Of a stretch of DNA of 64,000 bases, positions 18,014 to 27,386 are shown one piece after another. Location of the stretch: positions 8,945-72,944 of the forward strand of contig JAAYBL010000144.1 in the NCBI GenBank assembly GCA_012718945.1, in the 5' to 3' direction. Numbering within the stretch: position 1 is the stretch's first letter; the number at the start of each line of letters is the position of its first letter. The stretch is from Bacteroidales bacterium. Lineage in GTDB: Bacteria > Bacteroidota > Bacteroidia > Bacteroidales > UBA1402. The notes beneath the pieces were generated by a model that searched no databases, had not been told where the DNA came from, and saw nothing but the letters and a program-made list of their open reading frames with translations. The position numbers were made by a program, and so were the translations under genes.

Positions 18014-19531
18014 TTACAGATTTGAGGGCACGGTCTGGCTACGTGCTAAGTCTGCGGCAATGCGTTCGCTGGTCAATTGAGCGGAGAGCAAAACCAGAGG
18101 TACCCCATTGCCAGGATGAGTGCTACCTCCTGCAAAATAGAGATTCTTATAGCGGTTGTGCCGGTTGTGGGGTCTGAAATAGCCCATTTGCAACAGGCTA
18201 TGGCTGAGACTACCAAATACAGCCCCTTTGGTCACATTGAAATGGGAATTCCAATCACCGGGATGAGCCGTCAATTCAAATTTGATGTGTGCCTCCAGAT
18301 CTTCCATTCCCTCCTGGCTGAGCCGCTTGAGCACAAATCGCCTGGCGGTATCCATCAAGGCTTGCCAGTCCTGCTGTTTAGTAGGATCAACATGACCAAC
18401 CGGCACTAAAATGGAGAGTGTATCCTGACCTTCGGGTGCGGCAGAGGGGTCTGAGGTAACAGGTGCATGGACATAGAAACTGGGCGTTTCCGACAATGCC
18501 TTATCGATGAATATCTTATCAAAACCCTCCTTGTAAGGCTCAGCTAAAAAGACGTTGTGGTGGTACAGTTGTGGGTAGCGTTTGTCAAGCCCCCAGTGAA
18601 AAACCAACGCCGAACAAGAATAGGAACAGCGTTTGAGTCTGGCTGTTTTTCGCTTATCATCCAAAAGGTGTTCGTACACATAGGGGAGGTCAGCGTTGGC
18701 TACCACCAGGTCGGCGCGGTGTTCATGGCCATCTTCAAGTACGACACCATCTACCCGATGGTGACGGACGAGTATTTGTTTGACAGGCGAGGCACAGTGT
18801 ACCTTCACCCCCAATCGGATGGCCTCCTGCAATAAAACGTCAACGATCTGATACATACCTCCTACCGGAAAAAGGGATCCTTCCGTTAACTCAGCCGCCG
18901 GCAACATGGAAAAAAGGGCGGGCGCAGTATAAGGATTCTGTCCGACGTAGATATTCTGAAAGGTAAGTATCTTCTGAAGGTGGGGTTCCTTAACCCATTG
19001 CTTGATGTAAGGCATGTGCCGCAAATGGGCCTTGATGGTGAATAAGAGGCCGATGTTGCGAAAGTTTATGAACTGAAACAGGTGCGTGAAATTTCGCCCC
19101 AACAAACGGTTCAGGGAAACCTGAAACATGGTATACCCCTTCGTTACATAGGTTTTGATCCTATCGGTACTACCGGGCTCCAGCTTTTCCACCTGGGTGT
19201 TGAAGGCAGCCTGGTCGGTGGTAAAGTCAAAGGTGACGCCATCGTCAAAAAACAACCGGTATATATTAGTCAAAGGCTTGGTTTCCAGATTCTTATCGAC
19301 CGATAATCCTAATTTTTCAAACGCATCCCTGTAGATAGAGGGCATGAGGTAGATGGTTGCCCCCAGATCGAAACGATGGCCGTCTTTGCATATTCTGCCG
19401 CAACGCCCACCGGGTTGACCGTTTTTTTCAAATATTGTAACGTCCAAGCCCAATTTGGCGAGGTGTATAGCTGTAGCCAGCCCTCCTACTCCGGCACCAA
19501 TGATGATGGCTTTATTGGCAGTACTGCTCAT
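18014..19531 (-). CDS. crtI: Phytoene desaturase family FAD oxidoreductase
   Basis: N-terminal dinucleotide fold IIIGAGVGGLATAIHLAKLG. C-terminal motif LYFAGGSTHPGNGVP. 505 aa. Confidence 0.85.
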   Translation of the reverse strand: MSSTANKAIIIGAGVGGLATAIHLAKLGLDVTIFEKNGQPGGRCGRICKDGHRFDLGATIYLMPSIYRDAFEKLGLSVDKNLETKPLTNIYRLFFDDGVTFDFTTDQAAFNTQVEKLEPGSTDRIKTYVTKGYTMFQVSLNRLLGRNFTHLFQFINFRNIGLLFTIKAHLRHMPYIKQWVKEPHLQKILTFQNIYVGQNPYTAPALFSMLPAAELTEGSLFPVGGMYQIVDVLLQEAIRLGVKVHCASPVKQILVRHHRVDGVVLEDGHEHRADLVVANADLPYVYEHLLDDKRKTARLKRCSYSCSALVFHWGLDKRYPQLYHHNVFLAEPYKEGFDKIFIDKALSETPSFYVHAPVTSDPSAAPEGQDTLSILVPVGHVDPTKQQDWQALMDTARRFVLKRLSQEGMEDLEAHIKFELTAHPGDWNSHFNVTKGAVFGSLSHSLLQMGYFRPHNRHNRYKNLYFAGGSTHPGNGVPLVLLSAQLTSERIAADLARSQTVPSNL

Positions 19532-19683
19532 GGCATAAAATTTCTGACATAAAAGTAATGTATTTTCTGATTGAGACGACGTTACATTGACGTTCTTTAG
19601 CTGATTTTATAACATCTGTCCATCGTTTTCCTTTTTTTTTTCGAAAAGCCGTGGATTTCAACGCCCATATCGTGTCCTTTTGG

Positions 19684-19691
19684 TATTTTTG
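19684..19691 (+). promoter_or_regulatory. Putative -7 box TATTTTTG for lgt
   Basis: tatttttg matches TAnnTTTG and lies 41 nt upstream of ATG 19732. Confidence 0.4.
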
Positions 19692-19731
19692 CCCTTAACA
19701 CGCGCCATTGGCGCCCAAAACGTTATTCGCC

Positions 19732-20640
19732 ATGTTGAACTATATCACCTGGACCTTCAGACCCGACATCTTCTTTCTTGGCAATTGGGAGGTTCGTTGG
19801 TACGGGCTTTTTTTCGCCATCGCTTTTTATGTGGGCCTGGTCATGATGACAAAAATGTTCGCCCATGAGAAAGTCAAACCCAACTGGGTGGATAGCCTTT
19901 TCGTTTACGTCATCGTGGCTACTGTTATTGGGGCCAGATTAGGACACGTGTTTTTCTATGCCTGGGACATGTACAAGGAAAATCCCTGGGATATCCTGAA
20001 AGTGTGGGAAGGGGGTTTGGCCAGCCACGGTGGTGCCATCGGTATCGTTCTGGCCGTAGCCCTGTATTCCCGCTATGTTACACACCGCAATATGTTATGG
20101 ACCTTGGACAGGCTGGTCGTTCCCGTCGCCTTCGCAGCCATCCTCATCCGAACCGGCAACCTGACCAACCACGAGATTTACGGCCACACCACTGACCTGC
20201 CCTGGGGCTTCCGCTTCATTGAAAACATCAGGGCCTGGCAACACGGAGCCGATCCCATTTTCACCGAACCCTCCCATCCCACCCAGATTTACGAAGCGCT
20301 CAGCTACCTGGCCACCTTCCTGGTTCTGTCATTCCTCTATTGGAAGCACGCCACAGCCAAACACAGAGAAGGGCTTATGTTGGGGGTCTTTTTGATCGGC
20401 ACGTTCCTAAGCCGCTTCCTCATCGAATTCATCAAGGAAGACCAGGAAGCGTTCGAAGCCACCATGACCCTGAACATGGGCCAATGGCTGAGTGTACCCT
20501 TCGTTCTGGCTGGTATCATCCTATGCTGGTGGGGGTTGAAGCGCCCTCCCCGCTACTACGACGAACCTGTCACCAACACCACTCCTCCCAAGAAGGCTCC
20601 AGCCTTTGAGTCGAATGTGAAAGGAAAAAAACGTTCGTAA
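19732..20640 (+). CDS. lgt: Prolipoprotein diacylglyceryl transferase
   Basis: Motifs IRWYGLFF-like (VRWYGLFFAIAF), GARLGHVF and GGLASHGGAIG. It is a multi-pass membrane protein. The track start at 19708 is a TTG. Confidence 0.9.
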   Translation: MLNYITWTFRPDIFFLGNWEVRWYGLFFAIAFYVGLVMMTKMFAHEKVKPNWVDSLFVYVIVATVIGARLGHVFFYAWDMYKENPWDILKVWEGGLASHGGAIGIVLAVALYSRYVTHRNMLWTLDRLVVPVAFAAILIRTGNLTNHEIYGHTTDLPWGFRFIENIRAWQHGADPIFTEPSHPTQIYEALSYLATFLVLSFLYWKHATAKHREGLMLGVFLIGTFLSRFLIEFIKEDQEAFEATMTLNMGQWLSVPFVLAGIILCWWGLKRPPRYYDEPVTNTTPPKKAPAFESNVKGKKRS

Positions 20641-20692
20641 GGTTTCTAAAAGCAGGGCCAAGACGATCGTTTGGCCTTCGCGGAGAGAGTCA

Positions 20693-21301
20693 TTACCACT
20701 GTATTTCCCCCTTGCCCTGACGCAAGATAAGGGGCTCTTCAGCGGTGCAGTCCACAATGGTAGAGTGGACGGTGCCGCCGATGCCACCGTCAATAACCAG
20801 GTCAACACAGTTACCGTAACGTTCGTCAATGAGTTCGGGATCGGTGGAGTATTCGTCCAGGTTGTCCTGATCGTGTAATGACATGCTCATCAGAGGATTG
20901 CCTAACTCGGCAACGATAGCAGCCGCTATGCCGTTGTCCGGGATGCGGATACCCACCGTATTCTTCTGTTTAAACAGACGGGGTAATTTGGTACTGCCGT
21001 TAAGGATAAAGGTAAAGGGACCGGGAAGATTCCTTTTCAACAACTTATAAGTAGGCGTCTCAACCTTGGCGAATTCGCTGACTTGGCTCAAATCCTGGCA
21101 AATAAACGAGAGGTTGGCTTTGCGGGGATCCTCCTGTTTTAGTTTGCATATTTTCTCTACGGCCCTGGCGTGAAAAATATCACAACCAATGGCATACACC
21201 GTGTCTGTGGGGTAGATGATGAGTCCCCCCTCCCTCAAGGCATTGGCAATTTTCTGAATGACCTTGACGTTTGGATTGTCTTCGTACAGTTTGATCAGCA
21301 T
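20693..21301 (-). CDS. tsaC: L-threonylcarbamoyladenylate synthase (YrdC/TsaC type)
   Basis: YrdC-fold motifs IIYPTDTVYAIGCD and PGPFTFIL. About 202 aa from ATG 21301; the track start at 21304 is a GTG. Confidence 0.85.
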   Translation of the reverse strand: MLIKLYEDNPNVKVIQKIANALREGGLIIYPTDTVYAIGCDIFHARAVEKICKLKQEDPRKANLSFICQDLSQVSEFAKVETPTYKLLKRNLPGPFTFILNGSTKLPRLFKQKNTVGIRIPDNGIAAAIVAELGNPLMSMSLHDQDNLDEYSTDPELIDERYGNCVDLVIDGGIGGTVHSTIVDCTAEEPLILRQGKGEIQW

Positions 21302-21323
21302 CACTAACGTGAAAAACAGACCG

Positions 21324-21331
21324 CAAAGTTA
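21324..21331 (-). promoter_or_regulatory. Putative -7 box TAACTTTG for tsaC
   Basis: The reverse complement of caaagtta matches TAnnTTTG. It lies 23 nt upstream of ATG 21301. Confidence 0.4.
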
Positions 21332-21412
21332 GGGTTTTTTTTAATATGCGATGGCAGCCCTGCAAAAAGATGCGGACTGCCATGCTGTAAGGTCAGAAGG
21401 GGAAACGATCGT

Positions 21413-22270
21413 TTATCCGTAAATGATGTTGCCGTTTTCGTCTTTGAATTCGTCAAAACTCTTGTTATACTGATTCATAGCCCTGAGGCTCATACCCATA
21501 CTGGAGAAACCACCATCGTGGTATAGATTTTGCATGGTCACCTTACGGGTAAGGTCGGAGAATAGCACCATGCAGTAATCGGCACATTCGGCAGCCGAAG
21601 CATTGCCCAGCGGAGACATTTTATCGGCAAAGTCTAGGAGTCCGTCAAAACCCTTGACGCCGCTCCCAGCCGTGGTCATCGTGGGTGATTGCGAGATGGT
21701 GTTGATGCGCACCCCTTTTTCCCGACCATATATGTACCCAAAACTCCTGGCGATGGATTCCAGCAGCGATTTTGCATCGGCCATATCGTTGTATCCATAG
21801 AATGTGCGTTGAGCAGCCACGTAGCTGAGTGCCACAATGGAAGCCCCTTCAGCCATGGCGTCCTGCTTCTTGGCCACTTGTATCATCTTGTGGAAAGAAA
21901 TAGCTGACACATCAAGTGTTGAGGACAACAGATTGTAATCCAGATCATCGTAGGTACGACGCTTGCGAACATTGGGAGACATACCGATGGAATGAAGCAC
22001 AAAGTCAATCTTTCCGCCCAGCACTTCCTGAGAACGAACAAAAACTTGTTGCAAGTCCTCGACACTGGTGGCATCGGCCGGTATCAATTCGGCGTTCAGG
22101 CGTTCAGCCAACTCGGTGACAGTACCCATGCGGCAAGCCACAGGGGTGTTGGTCAAGGTGATGATGGCGCCTTCTTCTACGGCTCTTTCCGCCACCTTCC
22201 AGGCGATGGACATGTCGTTGAGGGCTCCGAAAACAATACCGCGTTTTCCTTTCAATAAATTATTTGACAT
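21413..22270 (-). CDS. fabI: Enoyl-[acyl-carrier-protein] reductase (NADH)
   Basis: SDR fold with the FabI-type N-terminus KGKRGIVFGALNDMSIAW. Y/K catalytic region SYVAAQRTFYGYNDMADAK. 285 aa. Confidence 0.9.
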   Translation of the reverse strand: MSNNLLKGKRGIVFGALNDMSIAWKVAERAVEEGAIITLTNTPVACRMGTVTELAERLNAELIPADATSVEDLQQVFVRSQEVLGGKIDFVLHSIGMSPNVRKRRTYDDLDYNLLSSTLDVSAISFHKMIQVAKKQDAMAEGASIVALSYVAAQRTFYGYNDMADAKSLLESIARSFGYIYGREKGVRINTISQSPTMTTAGSGVKGFDGLLDFADKMSPLGNASAAECADYCMVLFSDLTRKVTMQNLYHDGGFSSMGMSLRAMNQYNKSFDEFKDENGNIIYG

Positions 22271-22293
22271 ACAAATGGGTTAAGAATTCGCTA

Positions 22294-22301
22294 CAAAATT
22301 A
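22294..22301 (-). promoter_or_regulatory. Putative -7 box TAATTTTG for fabI
   Basis: The reverse complement of caaaatta matches TAnnTTTG. It lies 24 nt upstream of ATG 22270. Confidence 0.4.
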
Positions 22302-22308
22302 CACAATT

Positions 22309-23805
22309 CTATCGAATGTGTGCAATTTTTGAGGGAATTTCGGGGCCATTGTCAATAATCAAACCGCGATGCCATGCGCCAGGGGCGGGTATCTGTTTGG
22401 CCTGCAGCTTAGTGCTTCGCAAAGTTGGTGCAGCTGGAACCCGACCCTGAATCAAGGCCAAGGCTGTACCGAGCAAGCTCTCTTCCGTGTCTCCGAGTTC
22501 CAGAACACCAGGTGCTCCCGTGTCTTCTATCTGATAATTGGGGGTAAACCCTGCTGTAAAGTCAGATTGACCCCTTTTGTTGAAAAATTTAGCCACAATG
22601 GGCTGCATTCCCCAGGTATTCTTCGGATCGTTCTCCTCGTAAATGGAGATGGACGCGACGTTTTTACCATAAGTTTGATCGCCAATTAAAACCACGTTTC
22701 GATAGGCTTTAAGCCCGTTGATCAACTGCTCACTGGCTGAGGCCGTATATTCACCTGTCAACACATAAAAGCCATCCAAATCGCTACCGACAGGGTTTAG
22801 CGCTTCAATTACCCGACCATCCGACTTGATGGATGTGGCGAAATAGGTATTCAACGATTTCGTGCCGTACTGATTCAGGTAATAGGAGGTCAACGCCGTA
22901 TTGTATCGGTAGTAGGTAAACACATTGTTTTCATCCAAAGTGGGCACAATCATGCTGGCCAGGTACGTGCCTGATGAGGAGTAACCACCGCTATTGTACC
23001 GTAAGTCTAGTACTAGGTGATTGATGCCTGCGGCTTTAAATCGGGCAAAAGCGCTGTTGACAGCCCTGTCATAGGCCAGGCTTTCATCCCCGTTGTCTGG
23101 TGCGAAAAAATGATAAACCAGGTAACCCACTTTATTTTGTTCATCAAGCGTGTACACGGTATCCAGGTACAGTGGGTGCTCAGCGTAGTCGGATTGCGTG
23201 GTCAGTGTTAAGGTTTTGCCTGCTGTCAACCCTGCAAATTGACCCAAATCGTTGTAGCGTTCATCCAACAAGGTGATGGTATAACTTGATGCCGCGATGG
23301 TCAACGCTGAACGATAATTGGTCGTGGTCAAGGTCACACCATTGATTTTGTCAAACCACATACCACGCTTGAGACCGGCTTGTTCAGCTGATGTACCCTT
23401 TTTCACGTAAGTGATTTGACCAACCACGGCATCGCTGGCCTCCTGAAACAAGTATATGCGGTAATCAAAGCCGATTTCTTGTGCCACCACGCCACTCAGC
23501 CCATCCACCAAGCTATGATAATCATCCTGAATCCATGAGAAACGATCACCATCGGGTGCAGTCTGTGAATTGAACGTGTACAGCAAGGATTCAAAATATC
23601 GATCAGGGCTCAATGTCTTATCCGACGAAGCGGGTAGCTTATCTGTCCAATAGTAGTAAACATCCATGTTGTCCTTAATCCAATCATTGATGTATTGGTG
23701 CTCGTTTTCTTCTTCTGTAACCGTTTCTTTACACGAAAAGGCTAAAATGGCTGTCAGAATAAACATTACTGAACGGAGAAGGGGTAAACTGATTGATGGC
23801 TTCAT
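22309..23805 (-). CDS. S41 family (C-terminal processing type) peptidase lipoprotein with a PDZ-like insert
   Basis: Lipobox ILAFSC. S41 motifs LVLDLRYNSGGY and TASASEQLINGLK...GDQTYGK. PDZ-like segment GLKRGMWFDKINGV. Confidence 0.75.
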   Translation of the reverse strand: MKPSISLPLLRSVMFILTAILAFSCKETVTEEENEHQYINDWIKDNMDVYYYWTDKLPASSDKTLSPDRYFESLLYTFNSQTAPDGDRFSWIQDDYHSLVDGLSGVVAQEIGFDYRIYLFQEASDAVVGQITYVKKGTSAEQAGLKRGMWFDKINGVTLTTTNYRSALTIAASSYTITLLDERYNDLGQFAGLTAGKTLTLTTQSDYAEHPLYLDTVYTLDEQNKVGYLVYHFFAPDNGDESLAYDRAVNSAFARFKAAGINHLVLDLRYNSGGYSSSGTYLASMIVPTLDENNVFTYYRYNTALTSYYLNQYGTKSLNTYFATSIKSDGRVIEALNPVGSDLDGFYVLTGEYTASASEQLINGLKAYRNVVLIGDQTYGKNVASISIYEENDPKNTWGMQPIVAKFFNKRGQSDFTAGFTPNYQIEDTGAPGVLELGDTEESLLGTALALIQGRVPAAPTLRSTKLQAKQIPAPGAWHRGLIIDNGPEIPSKIAHIR

Positions 23806-23833
23806 GTTTCGTGGTTTTGTGGGTATTGTTAGA

Positions 23834-26314
23834 TTACTCCTGATAATAAATGCGTTTGACGCGGTTAGAGACGGAAGTCAGTATTTCATACGGGATGGTA
23901 CCCAGTTTGGCAGCCACTTCGGCCAAAGGTAATGCTTCACCGAACACGAGCACATCATCGCCCTCTTCGGCTTCAATATCGGTCACATCGACCATACAGG
24001 CATCCATGCAGACATTGCCGATAATGGGAGCTCTGCGACCATTGATGACGACCTCGCCCAGCCCATTGCCCAAATGGCGATCCAACCCATCTGCATAACC
24101 AATGGGCAGGGTGGCGATGCGTGAGGGCCTGCTCAACAGCGCTTTGCGGCTGTATCCCACACTTTGTCCGGCTTCAAGGTGCCGTATCTGGAGAATAGTG
24201 GTCTTTAACGAACTGACGCTCCTGACAGGTGAGCCCTTGACAGCCGAAATACCGTACAGACCAATGCCCAAGCGAACCATGTCGTATTGATGATCGGAGT
24301 AACGCTCTATGCCCGCCGAGTTTAGGATGTGCCGTAAGATGCGGTGCTGGAAGGCGGCTGATAGCTGGTTGGCCATGCGTTCAAACAAGGCCAGCTGGGT
24401 CTCAGTATAGTCATCAAAACGATCCTCATCGCTACCGGCCAGGTGTGAAAAGACGGAACGTACCCGCAACGATTCCTGCCCCTTAAGGCGTTCAATAAGC
24501 AGGGGCAAGTCGTGCTCCTCAAAACCGAGACGGTGCATACCGGTATCAAACTTGATATGAATGGGGTAATTGTCTACCCCCTCACGTTCGGCTTCCCGGA
24601 TAAAGGCATCCAGCAATTTGAAACTATAGATTTCTGGTTCCAGTTTGTGTTCGAAAATAGTCGCGAAGCTACCGAATTCGGGATTCATGACCAGGATGGG
24701 CAGGGTGATCCCTCCATGTCTGAGTTCAACACCCTCGTCGGCCACAGCGACAGCGACGGCATCACAGGCGTGTGTCTGCAGGGTTTTGGCTACTTCAAGG
24801 GCACCACTGCCGTAACCAGCAGCTTTGACCATGGCAATCACCTGCGTGGTTGGCTTCAGATAGGTTCTGAAGTAATTCAAGTTGTGCACCAAGGCATCCA
24901 GGTTGACTTCCAGCACCGTTTCGTGCACTTTCAAGGAGAGGCGTTCACTGACCTCCTCAAACCCATAGGCACGAGAACCCTTGATCAGAACGGAGGTGTT
25001 TTTCAATTGTTCCAGGAGGCCTGATTGCAACAACCGTTCCGTTTTCAGAAAGAAATGAGCAGGCAGGGTGAACAAGTCGGCTTGAGCAGAAAGTTCCTTG
25101 CCAACGCCAATCAACCGGTCTACCTGCTTGCGCTGTAGCATTGCGGCGACCGTTTTATACAATTCGGCTGGTGATTGACCGCTTTGAAGAATGTCAGAAA
25201 GAATGAGGGTTCGGTTCAGATGGCCACCAGCAGCACGTCTGGCCTGAAAATCGAGTGCCAGTTCCAACGCATTGACGTCGGCGTTGTAACTATCATTGAT
25301 AATCACACAGCCCCGCTTACCTTCTTTGACCTCAAGGCGCATGGCCACGGGTTCCAACTTAAGCAAACGTTCAGTAATGATGGCTTCCGGCAACTCCCTG
25401 AGCAGTAAAACAGTCAAGCAATGCAAGGCATTTTCCACAGAAGGATCATCGGCAAAAGGCAAGACAAGCCTGCCTTTCTGTCCTTTCCAGGTATAGGTGA
25501 TGGCGGTACGCAAACCATCCAATTCTTCTCTTTGTACATATAGGGCGGCGTGGCTATCATGAAGCGACCATCCCACCAGCCTTTGGGCTGGATAAGCCTC
25601 TGTCAGGGCCTGATGGGCTTCCACATGGTCCAGGCAATAGACAATGGTGGCGCAGGATTTGAACAGCTTGACCTTTTCAGCCGCCTTTTCAGCCAGGGAG
25701 GTAAAGTTTTCCTGGTGGGCGGCACCGATATTGGTCAACAAACCCAGGGTGGGTTGAATCACGGCTTGCAGCGCTTCCATCTCACCGGGTTGAGAAATAC
25801 CAGCCTCAAACAGCCCCAGTTCGGTTCCAGGATCCAATTGCCAAACCGACAATGGTACACCTATCTGTGAATTGTAACTGCGTGGCGAGCGTTCCACATT
25901 GACATCGGTGCGTAGCAATTGCCACAACCATTCTTTGACAATGGTCTTTCCATTACTCCCGGTGATGGCCCAGACGGGGCAATCAAAGCGGCGGCGGTGA
26001 GCAGCGGCCAACTGTTGGAGGGCCAGCAACGTGTCAGGCACCAATAAAAGCGAGGCCCCTGGCAAATCAGCGGGTTTGATGGCAGGATCGGATACGACAA
26101 AATGTCGGATACCCCGTTTGTAAAGGTCTCCAATGTAGCGATGGCCATCGTTTCGACTGGTCTTCAACGCAAAAAAGAGGCTCTCTTCCGGAAAAAAGGA
26201 GGAACGACTGTCGGTTAGCAACCAACTGATGCGCTGGTTCTCCACCACGTTGGCTTTAGCCTTCAGCAGTGCGGCAATCTCTTGAATGGTATAGGTGAGT
26301 GGTGTCATATCCAT
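23834..26314 (-). CDS. murF/alr: Bifunctional UDP-MurNAc-tripeptide--D-Ala-D-Ala ligase (MurF) / alanine racemase (Alr) fusion
   Basis: The N-terminal half has the Mur ligase P-loop (ITGSNGKT). The C-terminal half is a PLP racemase (AMVKAAGYGSG, ...GYADG...VCMD). 826 aa. Confidence 0.9.
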   Translation of the reverse strand: MDMTPLTYTIQEIAALLKAKANVVENQRISWLLTDSRSSFFPEESLFFALKTSRNDGHRYIGDLYKRGIRHFVVSDPAIKPADLPGASLLLVPDTLLALQQLAAAHRRRFDCPVWAITGSNGKTIVKEWLWQLLRTDVNVERSPRSYNSQIGVPLSVWQLDPGTELGLFEAGISQPGEMEALQAVIQPTLGLLTNIGAAHQENFTSLAEKAAEKVKLFKSCATIVYCLDHVEAHQALTEAYPAQRLVGWSLHDSHAALYVQREELDGLRTAITYTWKGQKGRLVLPFADDPSVENALHCLTVLLLRELPEAIITERLLKLEPVAMRLEVKEGKRGCVIINDSYNADVNALELALDFQARRAAGGHLNRTLILSDILQSGQSPAELYKTVAAMLQRKQVDRLIGVGKELSAQADLFTLPAHFFLKTERLLQSGLLEQLKNTSVLIKGSRAYGFEEVSERLSLKVHETVLEVNLDALVHNLNYFRTYLKPTTQVIAMVKAAGYGSGALEVAKTLQTHACDAVAVAVADEGVELRHGGITLPILVMNPEFGSFATIFEHKLEPEIYSFKLLDAFIREAEREGVDNYPIHIKFDTGMHRLGFEEHDLPLLIERLKGQESLRVRSVFSHLAGSDEDRFDDYTETQLALFERMANQLSAAFQHRILRHILNSAGIERYSDHQYDMVRLGIGLYGISAVKGSPVRSVSSLKTTILQIRHLEAGQSVGYSRKALLSRPSRIATLPIGYADGLDRHLGNGLGEVVINGRRAPIIGNVCMDACMVDVTDIEAEEGDDVLVFGEALPLAEVAAKLGTIPYEILTSVSNRVKRIYYQE

Positions 26315-26329
26315 GTGGTTTCCGTGCTC

Positions 26330-27319
26330 TCAATGCTCACGGATAATGCGTTCAAAGAAGGCCCTCTCATCCTGTAACGTCAATGAGGGTTCACTGAGTG
26401 TCAACCCTTCAATGGCCGCCAGGTTTTTTTGAGCAAAGCGCTTGTAGGCCTCATCGTTGGGATGAAACGGTTTGTGCTCCATCGCTTTGTGAATAGCCTG
26501 TACTTGCCTGGCCATTTCGCGGGTGCCTTTATTGAAGAATGTTTCGGAAAAATGTTCCCAGATATAGGTCTGCGCCAAGAGAGAAGGGTGCAGCATGTCG
26601 TCGGCGAAAAAGCGGTAATCCCTCAAATCGTCGAGTAAAAGTTCGTAGGCGGGGTAATAGGTCACCGACTCAAAACGCTGACAGAGCGCTTCAATGCCCA
26701 GTAAAAGAACTGCTTTGCTCAGGTTGTTGGCATGCAGGCCATCTTTGAGGTGACGTATGGGACTGACGGTCAAGACTATCTTCAGGTTGGGCCGCCGTTC
26801 CAGCAGTTCATTGAAGAGTCGGGTAAACCGCTCCACCAGACTTTCCACGTCGAGACGCTCCCGTGTAAACTGGCTGGCCGGCCACTTATGGCAGTTAGCC
26901 ACCACCTCGCCCGTATCCACACGTTTGTATAGCCATGCCGTTCCCACTGTCAGGATCAGGCAATCCGTGTTGCTGAGACCTTCCACCGCTTTGTCAAAAG
27001 CGGTGTTGATGTGGAGCATGGCCTGATCAGGGTCAGCATTTGAAAACGATCCGTGGTGATTGAAACTGTGGTATAGACCTTCGTGACAAACCAATTGATC
27101 GGCGTTGAAGGCCTCATTGGCCATCAGACGGGTCAGAGACTGCTCAATCGAGACTGGGTTGTATAAGACACCAAAGGGATTGACTATGGCACGGAAACCG
27201 CTCTCACGTAATCTTACTCCTGTCTGTTCGGCGAAACAGGATCCCATGACAAAAAACCGATTGGCATGCGTCAGGGTAAAGGGAGCCTGGGATACAGGCA
27301 ATTTGGTTCTGAAATCCAT
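26330..27319 (-). CDS. GSCFA domain protein (SGNH-like, function unknown)
   Basis: The eponymous motif occurs in FFVMGSCFAEQ. I start the gene at ATG 27319 (MDFRTKLP...). The upstream 60 codons of the long ORF overlap the dxs promoter region. Confidence 0.8.
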   Translation of the reverse strand: MDFRTKLPVSQAPFTLTHANRFFVMGSCFAEQTGVRLRESGFRAIVNPFGVLYNPVSIEQSLTRLMANEAFNADQLVCHEGLYHSFNHHGSFSNADPDQAMLHINTAFDKAVEGLSNTDCLILTVGTAWLYKRVDTGEVVANCHKWPASQFTRERLDVESLVERFTRLFNELLERRPNLKIVLTVSPIRHLKDGLHANNLSKAVLLLGIEALCQRFESVTYYPAYELLLDDLRDYRFFADDMLHPSLLAQTYIWEHFSETFFNKGTREMARQVQAIHKAMEHKPFHPNDEAYKRFAQKNLAAIEGLTLSEPSLTLQDERAFFERIIREH

Positions 27320-27325
27320 GAGGGA

Positions 27326-27333
27326 CAAAATTA
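27326..27333 (-). promoter_or_regulatory. Putative -7 box TAATTTTG for the GSCFA/murF-alr/S41 transcription unit
   Basis: The reverse complement of caaaatta matches TAnnTTTG. It lies only 7 nt upstream of ATG 27319, which implies a near-leaderless mRNA. Confidence 0.35.
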
Positions 27334-27366
27334 TAAAATAATATGGATGGGTACGTGAAAAAAGCG

Positions 27367-27374
27367 TACTTTTG
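27367..27374 (+). promoter_or_regulatory. Putative -7 box TACTTTTG for dxs-trkA-trkH
   Basis: tacttttg matches TAnnTTTG and lies 13 nt upstream of ATG 27387. The track start at 27372 is the TTG of this box. Confidence 0.45.
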
Positions 27375-27386
27375 CAAGCCAGATTC

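Noticed and set aside
19702-19714. The palindrome GCGCCA-T-TGGCGC just upstream of lgt
   Set aside because: It is a single short palindrome with no second copy or known operator consensus. It may be chance.
20656-20676. GGCCAA-N9-TTGGCC between the convergent lgt and tsaC genes as a bidirectional terminator. A similar weak AATGCCCG/CGGGCATT pair lies at 32143-32180 between trkH and the GH28 gene.
   Set aside because: The stems are only 6-8 bp, have no flanking U-runs, and have large or awkward loops. That is too weak to call.
23834-26314. The MurF-alanine racemase fusion as a possible novelty
   Set aside because: This bifunctional fusion is a routinely annotated, widespread feature of Bacteroidota genomes and is not new.
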